The notes beneath the pieces were generated by a model, which did no database searches, was not told where the DNA came from, and was given only the letters and a program-made list of their open reading frames with translations. Positions 45,140 through 56,211 of a DNA stretch of 64,000 nucleotides are shown piece by piece. The position numbers and the translations under genes were made by a program. Origin of the DNA: Planctomycetota bacterium. GTDB lineage: Bacteria; Planctomycetota; J058. The stretch is taken from positions 270-64,269 of the forward strand of contig JAWKSZ010000029.1 in assembly GCA_041402045.1 (NCBI GenBank). Direction: 5' to 3'. Each line of letters opens with the position of its first letter. The stretch's first letter is position 1.

Positions 45140-46111
45140 CTACTTCGCCGGGCCGACCCAGTCGCCCTGGAGCCAGGTGTAGAGCTCGGGGGTCGTGGTC
45201 TCCCCGCCGCGGGTCAGCTCCACGCCTCGGAACACCGGCTCGACGCCCCAGCCGGTGTGGACCGGCTGCGCGTCCTGGAGGTGGAAGTGCAGGTGCGGCT
45301 CGCTGGAGTTCCCGCTGTTGCCGCAGCGCCCGAGGCGCTGGCCGGGCTCGAGCGCGTCCCCGGCGGCGACCTCGAGCGACCCCGGGATCAGGTGCGCGTA
45401 GAGCGCGAAGGTCCCGTCGCCGTGATCCACGAACACTGCGTTGCCGAGGGCCATGTAGCCGTTGAGCTGCCCGGGGACGTTGTCGGGGACGCCGTCGATC
45501 GCGAACACGACGCGGCCAGTCCCAGCGGCGAGGATCGGCTTCCCGTAGCAGTAGTAGTCCTCGTTGCGGGTTCCGTCGCCCTGGTGGGTCTTGCCCTCGG
45601 CGTCGGTGATCCCCAGGTCCGCGGCGCGGCGCTGCTGGGGGTTCGTGACGTGGTAGTTGTCGGCTTCGGTCGCGCCGCCCCAGGTCACGGTCCAGGTCTC
45701 GGCGAAGGGCAGGCGCAGGGGCTGGCTCCGAGCCACCGGCGGCGCCACGATCTCGGGCCGCAGCGAGAGGCCGCTCAGCCGGCCGGCGTCGTCCCAGCTC
45801 ACCTGGAGCTGGACCGCGGCCTCGGCGCCGCGCAGGAGGTAGACCGCGCTCGAGCCGCGTTGGGAGCGGCGCTCCGGGGCCTGGAGCGGCCCCACGGCCT
45901 GGTGGACCCGACCGAACAGCGCCTCGAGCTGGGGCAGCGGCAGCGCCGCTCGCAGCTCGGGGGTCGAGGCGCTGTGCACGGCGGCCGCGCTCTGAGCGTC
46001 TATGCCCTCGCGCACGAGGCGCGCGAGGGCGTCGGGGTCGGGGCCGGCCCAGGCGTGGAGCGCCAGGGCCGCGCTGAGGAGCGCGACCCCGGCCGCGGCC
46101 CGTCGGATCAC
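45140..46111 (-). CDS. M23 family peptidase with N-terminal DUF3887-like domain
   Basis: Signal peptide; GNAVFVDHG, LYAHL, GNSGNSSEPHLHFH. Confidence 0.85.
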   Translation of the reverse strand: MIRRAAAGVALLSAALALHAWAGPDPDALARLVREGIDAQSAAAVHSASTPELRAALPLPQLEALFGRVHQAVGPLQAPERRSQRGSSAVYLLRGAEAAVQLQVSWDDAGRLSGLSLRPEIVAPPVARSQPLRLPFAETWTVTWGGATEADNYHVTNPQQRRAADLGITDAEGKTHQGDGTRNEDYYCYGKPILAAGTGRVVFAIDGVPDNVPGQLNGYMALGNAVFVDHGDGTFALYAHLIPGSLEVAAGDALEPGQRLGRCGNSGNSSEPHLHFHLQDAQPVHTGWGVEPVFRGVELTRGGETTTPELYTWLQGDWVGPAK

Positions 46112-47367
46112 GAGGGCTTGCGGACGATCGTGACCACGGCGGTGCGGTCGTCGCCGCCCATGTTCTGGGCGAGGCCGAGGGTCGGGTTGCCGGGGACCTG
46201 GTAGTCGCCGCACTGGCCGTGGAGCTGGCGATAGAGCTCGCCGATCTGCTTCACGCCGGTGGCGCCCACCGGGTGCCCGAAGGCCATGAGCCCGCCGCCG
46301 GTGTTGACCGGGATCCGCCCGTCGATCGCCATGGCGCCCTCGTCGATCAGCTTGCGCGCGCCGCCGGGGCCGTCGGCGAAGCCCAGGGCCTCGACCGCCA
46401 GGAGCTGCGCCACGGCGAAGCAGTCGTGGACCTCGGCCACCTGCACGTCCGAGGGCTTCACGCCGGCCTGGGCGTAGGCGCGGTCGGCGGCGGTCTTGGT
46501 TACGTCCATGCGGGTCAGGTCCGCGGGGCCGGTGATCGGCCCGGTGGCCTGGGCGTTGGCGATCACCTCGACGGTCTGCGCCACGGCGCGGCCGATCTTC
46601 TTCAGCCCCTCCTCGGAGCAGAGCACGATCGCCGAGCCGCCGTCGGAGACCTGCGAGCAGTCGCTGACCTTCATGAACGGCTTGAGCTCCTGGTTGTCCA
46701 GGAAGCAGGGGTTCTTGTCGCTGGCCTCGCTCGCGTTGTCGAGGGTCATGTTCACCGTGCGCATGTGGGCGAACGGGTTCTTGTTGGCGTTCTGGTAGGC
46801 GTTGACCACGACCTTGGCCAGCTCGCCCTGCTCGAGGCCGAAGGCCTCCTGGTAGGCCTGCATGCGGCGGGCGAACAGCGCGGGGAAGGTGAACGGGTCG
46901 ATCTCGCGCTGGGTGCGGTAGTGCGCGGCGCGGGCGAGGTAGTCGGCGCCGACCTTGGCGTTCTCGGTGGTTTGGACCTCGGCGCCGACCACGAGCACCA
47001 CGTCGGCCCCGGCCTTGATCGCGTCGACGCCGGCGCTGACCGCCAGCGCGCCGCTGGCGCAGGCGCCCTCGACGCGCATGCTGGCCACGCCCTCGAGGCC
47101 AGGGTGCGCGGCGGCGAGCACGGCGCCCAGGTGGCCCTGGTTGCTGAACAGCTCGCCCACGAAGTTGCCCACGTAGGCCTTGTCGACCTGGCTCGGCTCG
47201 GCGCCGGCGTGCTCGAGGGCGGCCAGCGCGGCGCGGTGGACGTAGTCCTCCAGGCTCGGGTTCTCGCGCGAGCCGAAGTCGGGGTGCTTCTTCCAGATGA
47301 AGTCGGGGTGGAACTTGCCGATGAACGGGGTGTGGGCAGCGCCCGCGACGTAGACCTTGCGGCTCAT
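46108..47367 (-). CDS. SCP2-type thiolase (acetyl-CoA C-acyltransferase)
   Basis: VEGACASG, CSQVSDGGSA, EVHDCF, GGLMAFGHPVGATG. Confidence 0.9.
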   Translation of the reverse strand: MSRKVYVAGAAHTPFIGKFHPDFIWKKHPDFGSRENPSLEDYVHRAALAALEHAGAEPSQVDKAYVGNFVGELFSNQGHLGAVLAAAHPGLEGVASMRVEGACASGALAVSAGVDAIKAGADVVLVVGAEVQTTENAKVGADYLARAAHYRTQREIDPFTFPALFARRMQAYQEAFGLEQGELAKVVVNAYQNANKNPFAHMRTVNMTLDNASEASDKNPCFLDNQELKPFMKVSDCSQVSDGGSAIVLCSEEGLKKIGRAVAQTVEVIANAQATGPITGPADLTRMDVTKTAADRAYAQAGVKPSDVQVAEVHDCFAVAQLLAVEALGFADGPGGARKLIDEGAMAIDGRIPVNTGGGLMAFGHPVGATGVKQIGELYRQLHGQCGDYQVPGNPTLGLAQNMGGDDRTAVVTIVRKPS

Positions 47368-47498
47368 GCAGCCTCCTGAGGCCGGGATTGTAAGGCCTCC
47401 GCGCGATCGCGCCGCCCCGGCGAGGGGTTTTGTGGCTCTCGGATCTCGCGGCTGCGTCCCCCGTACGCCCGTGCTACCGTGAGGCAAGCGAGTTCGAG

Positions 47499-48455
47499 AT
47501 GGACCCCGCAACCGAGCTACCTCGCCGGGTCTGGCGCGTCGTGCCAGCGGTCTTCGCCGTCCAAGCGGCGTGCGCCCTGGCTGTACTCGCGGGGCAAATC
47601 GCCTGGGACCCCTCCCTCGAGTTCTGGGTCGTGGGTGACCTCGGCGCCGTCCTCGAGCGCCCCTGGACCTTGCTGACCCACGGCTTCTTGCACCGGCACT
47701 ACCTCGAGTTCCTGCTCGGGGCGACGGTGCTCCTGCTCGCCGGCCCTGCGGTCGAGGAGGCCCTGGGCAGCCTGCGCTTCCTCCTGCTCTACGCCTGCTC
47801 CCTGGTCGGGGTGGGGCTCGTGCACGCCCTCCTCGCGACCGCCGCGCCCGACGTGGTGGGTCCGCTGTTCAGCGGATCCCTGGGGGCCTCGGCGGCCCTG
47901 CTCTCGGCGTATCTCTTGGTGTACCCAGGCGACCGCGTGGCCAACGTGCCGGGGCCCGTGGCCTACGTGCTGTGCGCGGTGGCCCTGGTCGGCGTCGCGC
48001 GCTACGTCGGGTGGGACATGGCGCGGGGCTACCAGGATCGCGTCGCCGAGGCGCGCAACGACGCCTACGGCGGCGAGAACGTCTCGGCCGCAGAGCGGGT
48101 CGACCTCCTGTGGTCGGCCCAGGGCTGGGTGCAGCTCCGCCCGGACCTGAGCACCACGCCGTGGGGCTTTCCGCTGGGGGTGCTGATCCTGGGGCTGTGC
48201 ACCGGGCTGCGTCGCGCCGAGGAGCGGGTCCGCCTGAACCTGGGGATCCGTCAGCTCGAGGGCGAGGTCCACGCGCGAGCTCGCGTCGAAACGTTGCTCG
48301 AGAAGATCGCGATCCAGGGGCGCGAGTCGTTGACGCGCGAGGAGTTGCGCTTCCTCACCCGCGCCAGCAAGCGCTACTACCAGCGCAAGACCAGCACCCG
48401 CGTGCCCGCGGGGCCCCGCCCGCGCAGCCCCGTGGGCGATCCCACCGCCGAGTAG
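47499..48455 (+). CDS. Rhomboid-family membrane protein with C-terminal DUF6576-like domain
   Basis: PWTLLTHGFLH, GPAVEEALGSLRFLLLY, GASAA; ETLLEKIAIQGRESLTREE tail. Confidence 0.75.
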   Translation: MDPATELPRRVWRVVPAVFAVQAACALAVLAGQIAWDPSLEFWVVGDLGAVLERPWTLLTHGFLHRHYLEFLLGATVLLLAGPAVEEALGSLRFLLLYACSLVGVGLVHALLATAAPDVVGPLFSGSLGASAALLSAYLLVYPGDRVANVPGPVAYVLCAVALVGVARYVGWDMARGYQDRVAEARNDAYGGENVSAAERVDLLWSAQGWVQLRPDLSTTPWGFPLGVLILGLCTGLRRAEERVRLNLGIRQLEGEVHARARVETLLEKIAIQGRESLTREELRFLTRASKRYYQRKTSTRVPAGPRPRSPVGDPTAE

Positions 48456-48469
48456 CTCGTCCGCGCTCC

Positions 48470-48519
48470 GGAAGCGAGCAGGGCGACCCGTGTGAGGGTC
48501 GCCCTGGGTGTGCGCTTCC
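48470..48519. terminator. Hairpin between convergent rhomboid and HU/IHF genes
   Basis: CAGGGCGACCC-GTGTGA-GGGTCGCCCTG perfect 11-bp stem, extended by GGAAGCG/CGCTTCC. Confidence 0.55.
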
Positions 48520-48554
48520 GCGCGGTGTGCGTTCGCGCGCGGTTCGCGCCGGCG

Positions 48555-49064
48555 CTAGCTGGTGAAGAAGGGTCGCGGCGGCGGCGAGGGCGGCGGCGAG
48601 GTGGCCGGCGGCGGCGGAGGCGGCGGGGGCGCAGCCGGGGACGACGAGGGCATCGTAAACGGCTTGGGCTGAGGCGCTGGCGTCGACGCCGCGGGGGCGG
48701 GCGGGGTCGCCGTGGCCGCCGGGGTCGGCGTGGCCGGGGCGGCGGGCCCGTCGTCTTCCTTGGTGCCGTCGTCGGGGATCGTGTTGGCGACGCGCGCCTT
48801 CATGACCTTGCCGGGCTTGAAGCTCACCACGGTCTTCTCGGGCACCTGGACCTGCGCACCAGTCTTGGGGTTACGCGCGATCCGCGGCTTGCGGCGCTTG
48901 AGCTCGAAGATCCCGAACTCGCGGAACTCGATCCGGTTGCCGCGGGAGAGCTCGTCGATGATCTGGTTCATGAAGACTTGGACGAGCTGAGCGGTTTGGG
49001 TCGTGGTCAGACCGTGGCGCTCGCTGACGGTCTTCACGATTTCCTTTTTGCTAACCGTTGCCAC
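48555..49064 (-). CDS. HU/IHF family DNA-binding protein with Pro/Ala-rich C-terminal tail
   Basis: RBS GGAGG + GTG 49064; IEFREFGIFE, RIARNPKTG, VSFKPGK. Confidence 0.93.
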   Translation of the reverse strand: MATVSKKEIVKTVSERHGLTTTQTAQLVQVFMNQIIDELSRGNRIEFREFGIFELKRRKPRIARNPKTGAQVQVPEKTVVSFKPGKVMKARVANTIPDDGTKEDDGPAAPATPTPAATATPPAPAASTPAPQPKPFTMPSSSPAAPPPPPPPPATSPPPSPPPRPFFTS

Positions 49065-49205
49065 GATAAAGCCTCCGGTAGGTTCTCTTGCAACCTTACC
49101 AATCCACCCCACCGACGTAAAGCTCTTGAAGACAGCTTTTTGAGCGCACGGCCAGGGGTTGCCTGCGGGCCGCTCAGGGCCCAGGGCTACTCGCTCTATA
49201 AGGAT

Positions 49206-50822
<1,617 letters not shown>

Positions 50823-50866
50823 CCTGGGAGTGTAACCCCGCCCGCGGCCGCGTTCATGGGGGTCGC

Positions 50867-53428
50867 TCACGGCCCGTCGGGGAGCCGCCCGACCTCCTTC
50901 AAGCGCGCGGCCAGCGCCTCGCACGCCGCGGGGGCGAGCTGGTTCCCGGCCTCGTCCACCACGTAGAACACGTCCACCGCGCGGTTGCCCTTGGTGAACA
51001 CCTTGGCCAGGCGCATGTCGCAGCCTCCGGCGGCGAGGGCCGCGGCCAGGTCGTAGAGCAGCCCGGGGCGGTCGGGAGCGGTCACGTCGACCACCGTGTG
51101 GTGGGGCGAGATCTGGTTGCTGATCCGGATCCGCACCGCCGGCGGCGGCGCCTGGCTGGCCGCGGGCGCGCGCCGGGGGAGCGCGGGGGCGCCTTCGAAC
51201 ACGGCGCGGCGCAGGCCCTCCTCCAGCCGCGGCCAGCGCGCTTGCGGCGCCCCCGGCGGCGGCTCGACGGCGAAGCGGTCGAACACGATCCCGTCGCCGC
51301 GGTAGGCGGTCGAGACGCCGAGGATCTGATAGCCCTGGGCGCTCAACCCGCCGCAGAGGTCGGCGAACAGCCGGGGGCGGTCGCGGGCCGCGACCCAGAT
51401 CCGCTCGCAGTGGGCGTCGAGGGAGGCGTGGACCGCGGCCGGGGCGCCGGCCTCCAGGGCGGCCGCCTGCTCCACGTGCAGCTCGATCTCGTCGGGGTCG
51501 ACGCTCCCCAGGTAGTCGTCGTCGACGGCGGCGAGGTGCGCGGCGAGGGCGCCGTGCTGCTCCGGCGGGAGACGCTCGGCCAGCCAGCTCTGCCAGGCCG
51601 AGGGGTCCTCGGGGCGGAGGAAGCCCCCGTCGGGCTGCCCCTCGAGGGCCGCGACCGCGCGCTCGTAGAGCCGGGTGAGCAGGTAGTCCTTCCAGCGGGT
51701 CATGGCCTGGGGCGAGACCCCGCGGATGTCGGCGCAGGTGAGCAGGTAGAGGTGGTCGAGGCGCTGGCGGTCGTGGGAGACCACGTCGAGCAGGGTCGCC
51801 AGGGTCTCCGGCGAGTCGACGTCCCGCTTCTCGGCCAGGCGCGAGAGGGTCAGGTGCTCGCGCACGAGGAAGCGCACGTGGGCGTGGTGCCGCGCGCTGA
51901 GTTCCAGGCGCCGCGCCACACCGGGCACCAGGGCCAGCCCGCGCTCGGTGTGCCCGATCGAGCCCGCGACCTTGCCGGCGTCGTGCAGCAGGACCCCCAG
52001 GCGCAGCAGGTCGCGGTCGCCGACGTCGATCAGCAGCCGCTCGCGCAGGAGCTCCTCGCGCTCGGTGGGGTGGGGCTCCTCCAGGAACTCGAGCACCGCC
52101 AGGGTGTGCTCGTCCACCGTGTAGCTGTGGTACGGGTCCGCCTGGGCCAGGCACTCCAGCGCGCCGAACTCGGGGAGCAAGACCCCGAGGTAGCCCGCGT
52201 CGTGCATGTCGCGCAGCGTGGTCGCCACGCCCTTGGCCGGGGCCATGAGCGCGCGCAGGCGCAGGGGCTGGGGCGCCGACGGGACCCACTCCTTGAGCGC
52301 GCGGCGCACGGCGTCGCGGGTGCGGAGGGAGACCCGGCGTCGGGTCTCGAGGGCCAGGCGGAACAGGGCCGCGGCGGTCTCCGGCGCGCAGGTCTCGTGG
52401 GGGCGCTCGAGCACCAGCTCGTCGCCGAGCACGGCCACGCCGTCCTGCAGGGGGCGCGCGCGCACGAAGGCTCGGGTGCGCCCGGGGTCGAGGGACAGCC
52501 GCACGCGCGTCAGCGCGCGGTCCACCGCGCGCAGGGCGCGGTAGAGGTCCTCCATGAACACCTCGACCGGGAGCCGGTCGGCGCGCTCCTGCACGCCGAG
52601 CTCGGCGGCGAGGGCGTGCTGGACGCCGACCTCGAGCCGGTCGCTCTTGGCCGCGCGCTGCAGCGCGCTGCGCACGACCAGCAGCCGACGGCGCGCGGAG
52701 ACCACCGCCAGGCGCTCGGCGTCGTCGAGGTCGAGGAGCGTGAGGTCGACCGGCGGGAGCAGCTGCGCGGGCGCGGGGGGCGTGGGGTCGTGCAGCCGCG
52801 CGGCGAGCTCGAGCAGCTGCACGTCGCGCAGCCCGCCGCGCCCGAGCTTGAGGTCGGGGTTGACCAGGCACACCGCGCCGCCCTGGGCGCGGTGCCGCTC
52901 TTCGGCCTCTTCGAACTTGGCCGCGAGGAAGCGCTCGCGGTGGTCGGCCAGGAAGCGGCGGGTGGTCTCGAGCAGCGCCTCCCAGGCGGGGCCCGGTCCG
53001 CTCAGGCGGCGGGCCTCGAGCAGCGCCGTCGCGGCGTGCAGGTCGCGGGTCAGCGCGTCGCCCACGGCGCCGACCGGGCGCACGATCTGACTCACGCGGA
53101 AGCCCGCGTCCCACAGCAGGCGCACGCCGTCCTCGATCGCGCTCAGGTCCTGCCCGTCGGGGTAGACCACGAGCAGGTCCAGGTCCGAGCGCGGGGCGAG
53201 CTCGCCGCGGCCGTAGCCGCCGGTGGCCAGGATCAGACACTCCGGCGCGGGCTCGACCAGCCAGGCCTGCACGGCGTGGTCGGCGAGCGAGCCGCGGGCG
53301 CCGACGCCGCCCGGGTCGGGCTCGGCGAACGAGTCCAGCAAGCTCGCCTCGTGGACCTCGCGCAGCGCGCGCAGCGCGGTGGGGTTCCGCGCGCTGAGGG
53401 CCTGGGTGAGCGCCTCGGGGAGCGTCAG
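50867..53428 (-). CDS. glnD: P-II uridylyltransferase/uridylyl-removing enzyme; start uncertain (CTG 53428 or TTG 53341)
   Basis: GGYGRGELAPRSDLD NTase, GGLRD, YTVDEH...LHDAGK HD domain, two ACT domains (DRPRLF, DRPGLL). Confidence 0.93.
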   Translation of the reverse strand: MTLPEALTQALSARNPTALRALREVHEASLLDSFAEPDPGGVGARGSLADHAVQAWLVEPAPECLILATGGYGRGELAPRSDLDLLVVYPDGQDLSAIEDGVRLLWDAGFRVSQIVRPVGAVGDALTRDLHAATALLEARRLSGPGPAWEALLETTRRFLADHRERFLAAKFEEAEERHRAQGGAVCLVNPDLKLGRGGLRDVQLLELAARLHDPTPPAPAQLLPPVDLTLLDLDDAERLAVVSARRRLLVVRSALQRAAKSDRLEVGVQHALAAELGVQERADRLPVEVFMEDLYRALRAVDRALTRVRLSLDPGRTRAFVRARPLQDGVAVLGDELVLERPHETCAPETAAALFRLALETRRRVSLRTRDAVRRALKEWVPSAPQPLRLRALMAPAKGVATTLRDMHDAGYLGVLLPEFGALECLAQADPYHSYTVDEHTLAVLEFLEEPHPTEREELLRERLLIDVGDRDLLRLGVLLHDAGKVAGSIGHTERGLALVPGVARRLELSARHHAHVRFLVREHLTLSRLAEKRDVDSPETLATLLDVVSHDRQRLDHLYLLTCADIRGVSPQAMTRWKDYLLTRLYERAVAALEGQPDGGFLRPEDPSAWQSWLAERLPPEQHGALAAHLAAVDDDYLGSVDPDEIELHVEQAAALEAGAPAAVHASLDAHCERIWVAARDRPRLFADLCGGLSAQGYQILGVSTAYRGDGIVFDRFAVEPPPGAPQARWPRLEEGLRRAVFEGAPALPRRAPAASQAPPPAVRIRISNQISPHHTVVDVTAPDRPGLLYDLAAALAAGGCDMRLAKVFTKGNRAVDVFYVVDEAGNQLAPAACEALAARLKEVGRLPDGP

Positions 53429-53429
53429 C

Positions 53430-53885
53430 TCAGCGCCCCGCGATCAGGTCCATGATCGCGCCCGCCGACGGCGCCTCGACGATCTGGCGGCGCAGCCGGG
53501 AGTCGTTGAGCAAGCGCGCGATCCCGGCGAGGGTGCGGATATGCGCCTGGAAGCGGTTCGGGGGCACGACCAGCAGGACGACGATCTGCACCGGGGCGCC
53601 GTCGAGGGCGGTGAAGTCCACGCCTCCGGGCACGATCCCCAGCGCGGCGACCACGTCGTCCACGTGCTCGCACACCCCGTGGGGGATCGCCACGCCGCCG
53701 CCCAGGCCCGTGGTCTGGGAGGCCTCGCGCTGGTGCACGGCGCGGGCGGCGTCGGCGCGGTGCGCGGCGTCGAGGGCGCCGGCGTCGACGAGCGCGTCGA
53801 CCAGGAGCTCGATCGCTGCGTCACGGCCCCCGGGCTCCAGGTGGGTGAGCACGACCTCTTCCGAGAGCAGGTCCGAGAGGTTCAT
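53430..53885 (-). CDS. PTS EIIA domain protein (PtsN/fructose-type)
   Basis: REASQTTGLGGGVAIPH phospho-His motif, GVDFTALDGAPV. Confidence 0.92.
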   Translation of the reverse strand: MNLSDLLSEEVVLTHLEPGGRDAAIELLVDALVDAGALDAAHRADAARAVHQREASQTTGLGGGVAIPHGVCEHVDDVVAALGIVPGGVDFTALDGAPVQIVVLLVVPPNRFQAHIRTLAGIARLLNDSRLRRQIVEAPSAGAIMDLIAGR

Positions 53886-54070
53886 GCGCTGACTCTAGCC
53901 GCCCCCCGGGGGGGCGCAAGCCCAGAAGCCAGGGGCGGTGAGGGACTTAAACGCAGCCCATGAGGTCCTTGACGCTTTGCACCATAGGGGGTGTCTCGAG
54001 GGGAGGGCGCTGGTAGACTCCGCCCCTTCTGCACCGGCCCCCCCGCGGGAAAGCCAGGCAAGAGGCGGCC

Positions 54071-54418
54071 TTGAAGCTGGTAGTTGGCATCGTGCGCCCC
54101 GAACGACTCGACGCGGTCAAGCAAGCCTTGGCGGCCGAGCAGGTGTTCCGGCTCACGGTCTCCGACGTCCAGGGCGTCCGCCCCGCGAGCGGCGGCTCCG
54201 CCGCCGCGCGCTACGCCGGCGGGGGCACCTCGCCCACCGCCGAGCGCATGGTGAAGCTCGAGGTGGCCGTGAACGAAGACTTCGTGGAGCCGACGTTGCG
54301 CGCGTTGAGCGCGGCTCGGCGAGACGGAGGCGGCGAGGGGGACGGCTGCGTGTTCGTCCTCCCGCTCGACGAAGCCCTGCGGATCCGGACCGGGGAGCGC
54401 GGTCCGGACGCGATCTGA
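54071..54418 (+). CDS. glnB: Divergent P-II family nitrogen regulator
   Basis: MKLVVGIVRP, LTVSDVQG, VKLEVAV, GDG-VFV, RIRTGERG; T-loop and B-loop residues altered. Confidence 0.8.
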   Translation: MKLVVGIVRPERLDAVKQALAAEQVFRLTVSDVQGVRPASGGSAAARYAGGGTSPTAERMVKLEVAVNEDFVEPTLRALSAARRDGGGEGDGCVFVLPLDEALRIRTGERGPDAI

Positions 54419-54439
54419 CCTCGTAGAAGGAAGAAGCCC

Positions 54440-55858
54440 ATGACCTCCACCCCCAAGGACGTTCTCGCCCTCGCCAAGGACCAAGGAGTCGAGTTCGTCG
54501 ACCTCCGCTTCACGGATCTGCCGGGGATGTGGCAACACTTCTCGGTGCCCGTGCGCTACCTCACCGAGGAGTGCTTCGAGGAGGGCTTCCCCTTCGACGG
54601 CTCCTCGATCCGCGGGTGGCAGGCGATCAACGAGTCGGACATGATCATCATTCCCGACCCGGCGAGCGCCTTCGTCGACCCCTTCCTGGCGCACCCGACC
54701 CTGGTCCTGACCTGCTCGGTCAAGGACCCGATCACCCACCAGGACTACGACCGCGACCCGCGGAACATCGCCAAGCGCGCGGAGGCCTACGTGGCCTCGA
54801 CCGGGCTGGCGGACACCGTCTATTTCGGCCCCGAGGCGGAGTTCTTCATCTTCGACGACGTGCGCTTCGACCAGGCGATCAACTACGGCTACTACTACCT
54901 CGACTCGATCGAGGGCTCCTGGAACAACGGCTCCAACGAGGGCCCGAACCTCGGGCACAAGCCGCGCCAGAAGGGCGGCTACTTCCCCTGCAGCCCGATC
55001 GACAAGTACCACGACCTGCGCGCGGAGATGTGCGTGAACCTCGAGCGCGTCGACATCGAGGTCGAGCGCGAGCACCACGAGGTCGCGACCGGCGGTCAGG
55101 CGGAGATCGACTTCCGCTTCGACACCCTGACCCGCTGCGCCGACAAGCTGCAGCTGTTCAAGTACGTGATCAAGAACACCGCCCTGCGCCACGGCAAGTC
55201 GGTGACCTTCATGCCGAAGCCGCTGTTCGCGGACAACGGCTCGGGCATGCACTGCCACTTCTCGCTGTGGAAGAACGGCCAGCCGCTGTTCGCCGGTGAG
55301 CAGTACGCCGGCATGAGCGAGATGGCCCTGTTCGCGATCGGCGGGATCCTCAAGCACGCCGCGGCGCTGGTGGCCTTCACCAACCCCACCACCAACAGCT
55401 ACAAGCGCCTGGTGGCGGGCTACGAGGCCCCGGTGAACCTGGCCTACTCGGCGCGCAACCGCTCGGCGGCGATCCGGATCCCCGTCGGCGACAGCAACCC
55501 CAAGGCCAAGCGCATCGAGTTCCGCTGCCCCGACCCCACGGCGAACCCCTACTTCGCCTTCGCCGCGATCACCATGGCCGCCATGGACGGGATCCAGAAC
55601 AAGATTCACCCGGGCGAGGCGCTGGACAAGGACATCTACGACCTCAAGCCCGAGGAGAAGGCCCACGTGCCCAGCACGCCCTTCTCCCTGCACCACGCGC
55701 TGCTCAACCTCGAGCAGGACTACGAGTGGCTGCTCAAGGGCGACGTGTTCAGCGAGGGTCTGGTCAAGCACTGGATCCAGTGGAAGCGGACCCACGAGGT
55801 CGACCCCGTGCGCATGCGCCCGCACCCCCACGAGTTCGAGCTGTATTACACGTGCTAG
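54440..55858 (+). CDS. glnA: Glutamine synthetase type I
   Basis: [47 protein letters not shown], adenylylation motif DIYDL. Confidence 0.98.
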   Translation: MTSTPKDVLALAKDQGVEFVDLRFTDLPGMWQHFSVPVRYLTEECFEEGFPFDGSSIRGWQAINESDMIIIPDPASAFVDPFLAHPTLVLTCSVKDPITHQDYDRDPRNIAKRAEAYVASTGLADTVYFGPEAEFFIFDDVRFDQAINYGYYYLDSIEGSWNNGSNEGPNLGHKPRQKGGYFPCSPIDKYHDLRAEMCVNLERVDIEVEREHHEVATGGQAEIDFRFDTLTRCADKLQLFKYVIKNTALRHGKSVTFMPKPLFADNGSGMHCHFSLWKNGQPLFAGEQYAGMSEMALFAIGGILKHAAALVAFTNPTTNSYKRLVAGYEAPVNLAYSARNRSAAIRIPVGDSNPKAKRIEFRCPDPTANPYFAFAAITMAAMDGIQNKIHPGEALDKDIYDLKPEEKAHVPSTPFSLHHALLNLEQDYEWLLKGDVFSEGLVKHWIQWKRTHEVDPVRMRPHPHEFELYYTC

Positions 55859-55862
55859 CTCC

Positions 55863-56140
55863 ATGGGGGCCTCTCCGAGGCCCTCGTCGCGGCTTCAGGG
55901 GGCCTCTCCGAGGCCCCTCGCCCTCGGGGCGAAGCCCTCGGGCTCACCCCCAAGGGCTCGCTCGCTGCGCTCGCTGCGCGCTCGCGGCTGACGCCGCTCG
56001 CCGGGCGCACCCTGGGTTCATGGGGGCCTCTCCGAGGCCCCTCGGGCTCACCCCCAAGGGGCTCGCTCGCGGTTGACGCCGCTCGCCGGGCGCACCGCGT
56101 GACCTTTCCCCCTCGCCTGGTTTCAGGGGGCCTCATGAGG
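55863..56140 (+). repeat. Cluster of direct-tandem REP-like multi-hairpin arms
   Basis: GGGGGCCTC-TCC-GAGGCCC three times plus a degenerate fourth copy; two copies of CTCGGGCTCACCCCCAAGGG...GACGCCGCTCGCCGGGCGCACC. Confidence 0.85.
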
Positions 56141-56211
56141 GCCGTGTCTCCTCGAGAGGGGGCGTCGGCGTGCGGCTCGAGGCTGCGGTAGGCTCTGGGG
56201 CGGAGGCTGAC

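Noticed and set aside
53975-54000. NtrC-like site TGCACC...GGTGTC upstream of P-II/glnA
   Set aside because: Spacing and right half-site do not fit TGCACC-N5-GGTGCA, and no convincing -24/-12 promoter is nearby.
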